Assembly (NCBI GenBank): GCA_002323795.1
Contig: DCPZ01000057.1
Coordinates: 23,845-87,844 of the forward strand
From: Flavobacteriales bacterium UBA1531
GTDB lineage: Bacteria > Bacteroidota > Bacteroidia > Flavobacteriales_D > Sanyastnellaceae
Direction of reading: 5' to 3'
Length of the DNA stretch: 64,000 bases
The notes beneath the pieces were generated by a model, which was given only the letters and a program-made list of their open reading frames with translations, was not told the DNA's origin and did no database searches. A program made the translations under genes and the position numbers. Of the stretch, positions 59,659-64,000 are shown piece after piece (position 1 is the first letter of the stretch; every line of letters starts with the position of its first letter).

Positions 59659-59679
59659 ACATTTCGAAGTTACAGCCAG

Positions 59680-60354
59680 ATGACAACACTTCACGCATTT
59701 ACATTTAACGCATTCGGCGAACAAACCTACTTGATTGATCACGGAGATGGCGCTGCCACTGTGATTGACCCGGGGATGTCCACGAAATTGGAGCAAGAAG
59801 AATTTGCAAAGTTTTGCGAGGAGCGAGGATTGGAGCCAGTGCAATGCCTGTTAACGCATGCGCATTTAGATCACATCATGGGAGCGGCTTGGGTTTTTGC
59901 TCGTTGGGGCCTCAAACCTCGGCTGCATCCGTTGGATACTGCCACGTACGAGCAAGCGCCACGTGCAGCGGCTCTTTATGGTGTGCCCATGGAAGATCCG
60001 CCTGCGTTGGGTTCTTCTCTTGCAGCAGGTGAACGAATCCGATGTGGATCTTCAGAATTGGAAGTACGATTTGCACCGGGCCATGCGCCGGGGCATGTTG
60101 TTTTTGTAGAGCATCAGCGGGGCTGGATCATTGGTGGAGACGTTTTGTTTGAGCGAAGTGTGGGTCGGACCGATTTGCCCGGTTGCAACCCGGAGGATTT
60201 GGTGAACAGCATCGTCGATGCATTGTTTTCGTTGCCCGATGATTTCGAAGTTTGGCCGGGCCATGGAAGTGTCACAACAATTGGAATCGAAAAAAAGGAG
60301 AATCCTTTTGTGAATGCGGCTGGTACCGGAATGATGCAGCGCGAAAAGTCCTAA
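59680..60354 (+). CDS. MBL-fold metallo-hydrolase (glyoxalase II-like)
   Basis: THAHLDH and GHAPGH. I took the start at MTTLHAFTFNAFGEQTYLI. Confidence 0.85.
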   Translation: MTTLHAFTFNAFGEQTYLIDHGDGAATVIDPGMSTKLEQEEFAKFCEERGLEPVQCLLTHAHLDHIMGAAWVFARWGLKPRLHPLDTATYEQAPRAAALYGVPMEDPPALGSSLAAGERIRCGSSELEVRFAPGHAPGHVVFVEHQRGWIIGGDVLFERSVGRTDLPGCNPEDLVNSIVDALFSLPDDFEVWPGHGSVTTIGIEKKENPFVNAAGTGMMQREKS

Positions 60355-60364
60355 GCATGGTCCG

Positions 60365-61444
60365 CTAATCTTCTGCGGGGGGATTCACCGAAAGGTTGCG
60401 GATTTCGGCTTCCCAGTCAAAGTTTACCAAATCCCATGAGAAGGTTGTCCCTTTTCCAGGCGTTGAAGAAACAGCAACGCTTTGACCGTGAGATTCGATG
60501 ATGTGCTTGACAATTGACAACCCCAAACCAGAACCACCAGCGTGCCGTGAACGACTTTTGTCCACACGGTAGAAGCGTTCGAAAATGCGTGTAAGATCCT
60601 CGGTCTCGATACCAACGCCATCGTCTTGGACAGAGATTTTCACCGTTTTCCCGTTGTTCTCTAGTTTTAAGGTTGAATTTCCACCATCACGACCATAATG
60701 GATTGAATTTGCGACCAAGTTGGTCAGGACTTGCTGCATGTGGTGGGGACTGCATAGAACATTGATAGCCTGTTTTGAATTCACAGGAAGTTCCATCGTC
60801 AGGGTGATGTTTTTTTTCATAGCGGCAGGCTCAGCGTTTTCTAATGCCCGGCTCATTTCTTCGATGATGTTGCATGGTGTGAGTGAAACTTTAACGCTGT
60901 CTGATTCCAATTTTGTAATTGTATCGAGGTCTTCAATCAATTCCGCCATTCGAACTACATTCTTGTTGGCTTTGGTTAAAAAATTGCGAACCAACTTCTC
61001 GTCTTTCAAATCATGTTCTGACAGTGTCATTAACCATCCTTGAATATTGAACAATGGTGTTTTCAGTTCATGGGCCAGATTCCCGATGAATTCCTTTCGA
61101 AAGGAATCTTTTTTCCGCAACGACTTGATGTCATCGACTTGCGCATTGGTCCACTCGATAATGTCTTCTAGGCTCTCTCGATCATTGATATTGGATTTTT
61201 GTTCTTCCCCAGAGGAAAGCGCCTCTTTGAGCAATTTAACACGCCTTTCCATGAAGATTTTGACCGACCACTCGATGATTAGGAAAGAGACGGTTTCCAT
61301 GATGAGGCCAGCGAGCAGCGCGAGCGCCCAGAGGTGCAAAGCGTCGAGCATTTTTAGCAAAATGAGCGTGGCAATGCCACTTAGCACCGATAGAATCGGA
61401 GATGTTTTGAGGGCGATTTCTCGAGGAGTGCTTCTTTTGCTCAC
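60365..61444 (-). CDS. sensor histidine kinase
   Basis: Two N-terminal TM segments, H-box NLAHELKTPL, N-box LVANSIHYG and G-boxes DDGVGI / GGSGLGLSIV. The GTG start overlaps the response-regulator stop (GTGA). Confidence 0.85.
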   Translation of the reverse strand: MSKRSTPREIALKTSPILSVLSGIATLILLKMLDALHLWALALLAGLIMETVSFLIIEWSVKIFMERRVKLLKEALSSGEEQKSNINDRESLEDIIEWTNAQVDDIKSLRKKDSFRKEFIGNLAHELKTPLFNIQGWLMTLSEHDLKDEKLVRNFLTKANKNVVRMAELIEDLDTITKLESDSVKVSLTPCNIIEEMSRALENAEPAAMKKNITLTMELPVNSKQAINVLCSPHHMQQVLTNLVANSIHYGRDGGNSTLKLENNGKTVKISVQDDGVGIETEDLTRIFERFYRVDKSRSRHAGGSGLGLSIVKHIIESHGQSVAVSSTPGKGTTFSWDLVNFDWEAEIRNLSVNPPAED

Positions 61445-62130
61445 ATGTCAAATTTATAACCCACTCCTTTAATCGTGATGAAGTGGTTTTGACCGAGCTT
61501 GAGTCTCAATTTGCGGATGTGAACGTCAATTGTTCGATCACCTACAATGACCTCGTGTCCCCAGACCTTGGTGAGAATGTGATCGCGCGTGAAAACTTTT
61601 CCCGGTGACGAGCAAAGTAGAAAGAGCAGTTCAAATTCTTTCTTTGGCAGAGATATTTCTTTCCCATTCTGAATGACCAGATAGCGTTCGCGATCGATCG
61701 TGAAGGGGTCCAATGCAAGGATGTTTTCTGATTTGGCTGACGGAAGTCGACGCATCAAAGCTTCTATCCGCTTGATCAATACACGAGGTGCAACGGGCTT
61801 TGTGATGTAATCGTCTGCCCCTGAGTCAAAACCGACCATCTGGCTGTAATCTTCACCCCGAGCAGATAGAAAGGCAATCAGACAATCCTTGGTCCGTGGG
61901 TTGTCGCGGAGTTGTTTGCAGGCCTCGATGCCATCCATTTCGGGCATCATGACATCCAGCAATATGAGTTCGGGTAATATCTTAATCGCTTTTTCAATGC
62001 CGCGGATGCCATTTTCCGCGGTCTCTACCTTGAACCCAGCTTGATGCAAGTTGAAGCCGATCAACTCCCTGATGTCTGCATCATCGTCGACGACTAATAT
62101 GGTTTTTGCCATGATAGGTAATTGGTTCAA
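61441..62130 (-). CDS. OmpR/PhoB family response regulator
   Basis: Receiver domain ILVVDDDADIRE...LLDVMMPEMDG and a winged-helix C-terminus VDVHIRKLRLKL. An alternative start is at 62112. Confidence 0.9.
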   Translation of the reverse strand: MNQLPIMAKTILVVDDDADIRELIGFNLHQAGFKVETAENGIRGIEKAIKILPELILLDVMMPEMDGIEACKQLRDNPRTKDCLIAFLSARGEDYSQMVGFDSGADDYITKPVAPRVLIKRIEALMRRLPSAKSENILALDPFTIDRERYLVIQNGKEISLPKKEFELLFLLCSSPGKVFTRDHILTKVWGHEVIVGDRTIDVHIRKLRLKLGQNHFITIKGVGYKFDM

Positions 62131-62191
62131 ATATCGCTAAATGCTTTTTAAGTCATGTGAAGAGATTGTAAACTCTATTGCTGATTTGATG

Positions 62192-63271
62192 TCAATCTTT
62201 CACACGGCTGAAGCGCAGTGATTTGAGCATCCAACGGGGAAGAGGTTCATCTTGCCCTCGCTTTTGGACATTCAAATAAAGCCCCCATTTTTCGATGATG
62301 GGCACTTTGTGCACTTCAATCATTTCAAGCCAGCATTCATCGGGATCGTCGATGTAAGTGCAATGCACTTTTGTTTCACCCATGCCGATGGCGTCGGTTG
62401 TATCGCACCGAAAGGGGAAGCCTCGCTGGGCCAAGTCTGTTTCCAATGCTTCCATACCGCGGACATCAAATCCGAGGTGGGCAAATCCGAGGTCACACCA
62501 AATGCGATCTTCAAAAATGAATTTGGGAGGACGATCTTGGGCTTGAATGAGTTCGATGTAGGTTTTGCCGGTCAATTGACCAAAACCTCCCGCTCCAGAG
62601 GAGGATTGAGTGATCCGAACGCGTCGATAAAACTGCTCTCCGTTTTGTAGGTTTTGCCAATCGTTAAAAGAGTTTGTTTCATCAAAAAGGACTTCATCAA
62701 ACCCAAGTCCAACGGCATAAAGTGCCAAAGACTTTTCCATATCGGATACGCCAATGCTGCACCCGAGGACTCCGCCCGACGGATGTCCATAGTCGTCGAA
62801 CCAATCTTGGGCTTCAATAATTTGAAAAAGATTGCCTTCGAAATCCTTCAGATAAAAAGTGTCTTGACCCCACGGCGTTGAAGTGATGTGTGCGTCACAA
62901 TTATCGGCTACGAGGGAGCGTGCATGTGCATGCATGCGCTCAATGTTGCGCGTTTTCATCTGCACAGTGGTGATTCCGAGATCACCGATCCCCACTTTCC
63001 ATCCTGCACCTTTCGGCTCGAAGGATTTGGCACCCAATACTTCAAAAGCACATCCACCTTGCAGATTGAGAACCATGCTCGCGCGTTTGGAGATGGTTTT
63101 ACCGCGTGTGTGGCTATCCATCAGCGGCGCATCTTGAACCGAATCAAAAAATGGAATATCCATGCCAAATAGCTGCCGATACAGTTTCAAGGACTTGTCC
63201 ATATCCTTTGTGGCGACCCCAACGTGCTGCATTCCCTGAATGCGGAATGCCTCTGCCTCCTGTGATTTCAT
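62192..63271 (-). CDS. VOC (glyoxalase/bleomycin-resistance/dioxygenase) family protein, multi-module
   Basis: Repeated beta-alpha-beta-beta-beta module signatures (MQHVGVATKDMDKS, LGCSIGVSDMEKS, FAHLGFDVRGME). Confidence 0.7.
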   Translation of the reverse strand: MKSQEAEAFRIQGMQHVGVATKDMDKSLKLYRQLFGMDIPFFDSVQDAPLMDSHTRGKTISKRASMVLNLQGGCAFEVLGAKSFEPKGAGWKVGIGDLGITTVQMKTRNIERMHAHARSLVADNCDAHITSTPWGQDTFYLKDFEGNLFQIIEAQDWFDDYGHPSGGVLGCSIGVSDMEKSLALYAVGLGFDEVLFDETNSFNDWQNLQNGEQFYRRVRITQSSSGAGGFGQLTGKTYIELIQAQDRPPKFIFEDRIWCDLGFAHLGFDVRGMEALETDLAQRGFPFRCDTTDAIGMGETKVHCTYIDDPDECWLEMIEVHKVPIIEKWGLYLNVQKRGQDEPLPRWMLKSLRFSRVKD

Positions 63272-63290
63272 TTTTCGGCGAGTTTACTGA

Positions 63291-64000
63291 CTACCTCGTG
63301 GTTTTAATGGCGTCGTCCACAGCTGTGAGGTAGGACATCCAGGCGCTGCTCATGCCGTCATCGGCCCACGCTTTTTGTGCTCTCTTGCGCCCAATGTCAT
63401 CTAGGTAGAGTCCGTACCACCAACCTGCAAAACGGCTTCCTAAAAGATGAAACAGATAACTTGTCATGACCGCAGTAAACGTCACCGCTCCAGTCGCGAG
63501 ATAGGCAATCGGCAGTGAGATGAGCAGCCAGTATATTGGAAAGGTGACCATGCCTGCTACAGCTTTCGAGGTGCTAATAAAGCAAGGGTCTTTGACGCGT
63601 TTTTGAACTTGTGACTCAATCCATTTGGAAACAGGGAAAGACCAAATCCCAGTTGCCAAAGCAAGAGGTGCGAGCAGCCAGAGCCAATAGCGTTTCTTGC
63701 GAAGGTTATTGGGATTCATCCCGAGATCTTCGATTCGTGCCTGATCGAAAATCCCGGAGGATTTGGCCGTCTCGAATGCTTCTTGGATTCCCTCCATGGT
63801 GCCATCGTCCAAATCTTGGAAGCGGTCGATCTTGCTCTTTGTTGTGTTCCAATTTTCACATTCAGTGGTCCGCATGGCCTGAACGTACGGCAATAATGTT
63901 TCGTACGCTTTTTCGGGTTGGATGTTTACTAAGACAGCATCCATTGCCGTTTTGAGAGGCTCGAGCAGATCCCGAGGGGACACTTCATTTGTTTCCGTAT
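63291..64000 (-). CDS. hypothetical membrane protein, probably partial (5' end may lie outside window)
   Basis: The frame stays open to the window edge (..TETNEVSPRDLLEPLK). The track start at 63983 is a GTG. It has a soluble segment followed by 3-4 TM helices. I assign no family with confidence. Confidence 0.5.
   Translation of the reverse strand, partial: TETNEVSPRDLLEPLKTAMDAVLVNIQPEKAYETLLPYVQAMRTTECENWNTTKSKIDRFQDLDDGTMEGIQEAFETAKSSGIFDQARIEDLGMNPNNLRKKRYWLWLLAPLALATGIWSFPVSKWIESQVQKRVKDPCFISTSKAVAGMVTFPIYWLLISLPIAYLATGAVTFTAVMTSYLFHLLGSRFAGWWYGLYLDDIGRKRAQKAWADDGMSSAWMSYLTAVDDAIKTTR

Noticed and set aside
1-64000. Window-wide look for CRISPR repeats, tRNA/rRNA genes, transposase/integrase genes, prophage or defence-system genes
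   Set aside because: I found none by eye. The largest non-coding gaps are about 100-215 nt and are explained by promoters and terminators. A covariance-model scan (tRNA/ncRNA) would be needed to exclude small RNAs formally.

Overview
The window reads as a dense, syntenic core-chromosome segment of a Bacteroidota (Flavobacteriia/Cytophagia-like) genome. The lineage call rests on a T9SS type-B (gliding-motility) C-terminal domain cargo protein, a DUF5686/CarboxypepD_reg protein, PD40-OmpA and PD40-Omp85 proteins, a bacterial kynurenine 3-monooxygenase, and purH placed directly upstream of mreBCD-mrdA-rodA. I support about 60 protein-coding genes. They cover the 2-oxoglutarate dehydrogenase E1/E2 pair, the rod-shape/elongasome operon, purH, a yceD-rpmF / fabH-accB-accC block, panD, ribE, pdxA, ispD, SOD, gdhA, hflX, rbfA, recQ, tatC, lptB, kdsD and a two-component pair. 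I also call four rho-independent-type terminator hairpins. By eye I found no rRNA, tRNA, CRISPR array, transposase, integrase, phage gene or recognisable defence gene, and no obvious compositional island. Many ORF-track entries carry spurious N-terminal extensions, which I trimmed using conserved N-termini and 4-nt stop/start overlaps. I do not see a convincing novel system of the defence-island kind. The most unusual structure is at 30.4-40.1 kb, where two divergent, tightly coupled five-gene units each contain a UPF0104 (MprF-TM/flippase-like) paralog. One unit also has a radical SAM/SPASM enzyme, a Cys/Met-family PLP enzyme, KMO and an unannotatable barrel-like protein. The other has a Cys-rich DUF3109 protein, a PD40/OmpA protein, panD and a stand-alone RfaE-II-like nucleotidyltransferase. 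Any functional link among these genes is inference only. All product calls come from motif recognition in the supplied translations, not from database searches.
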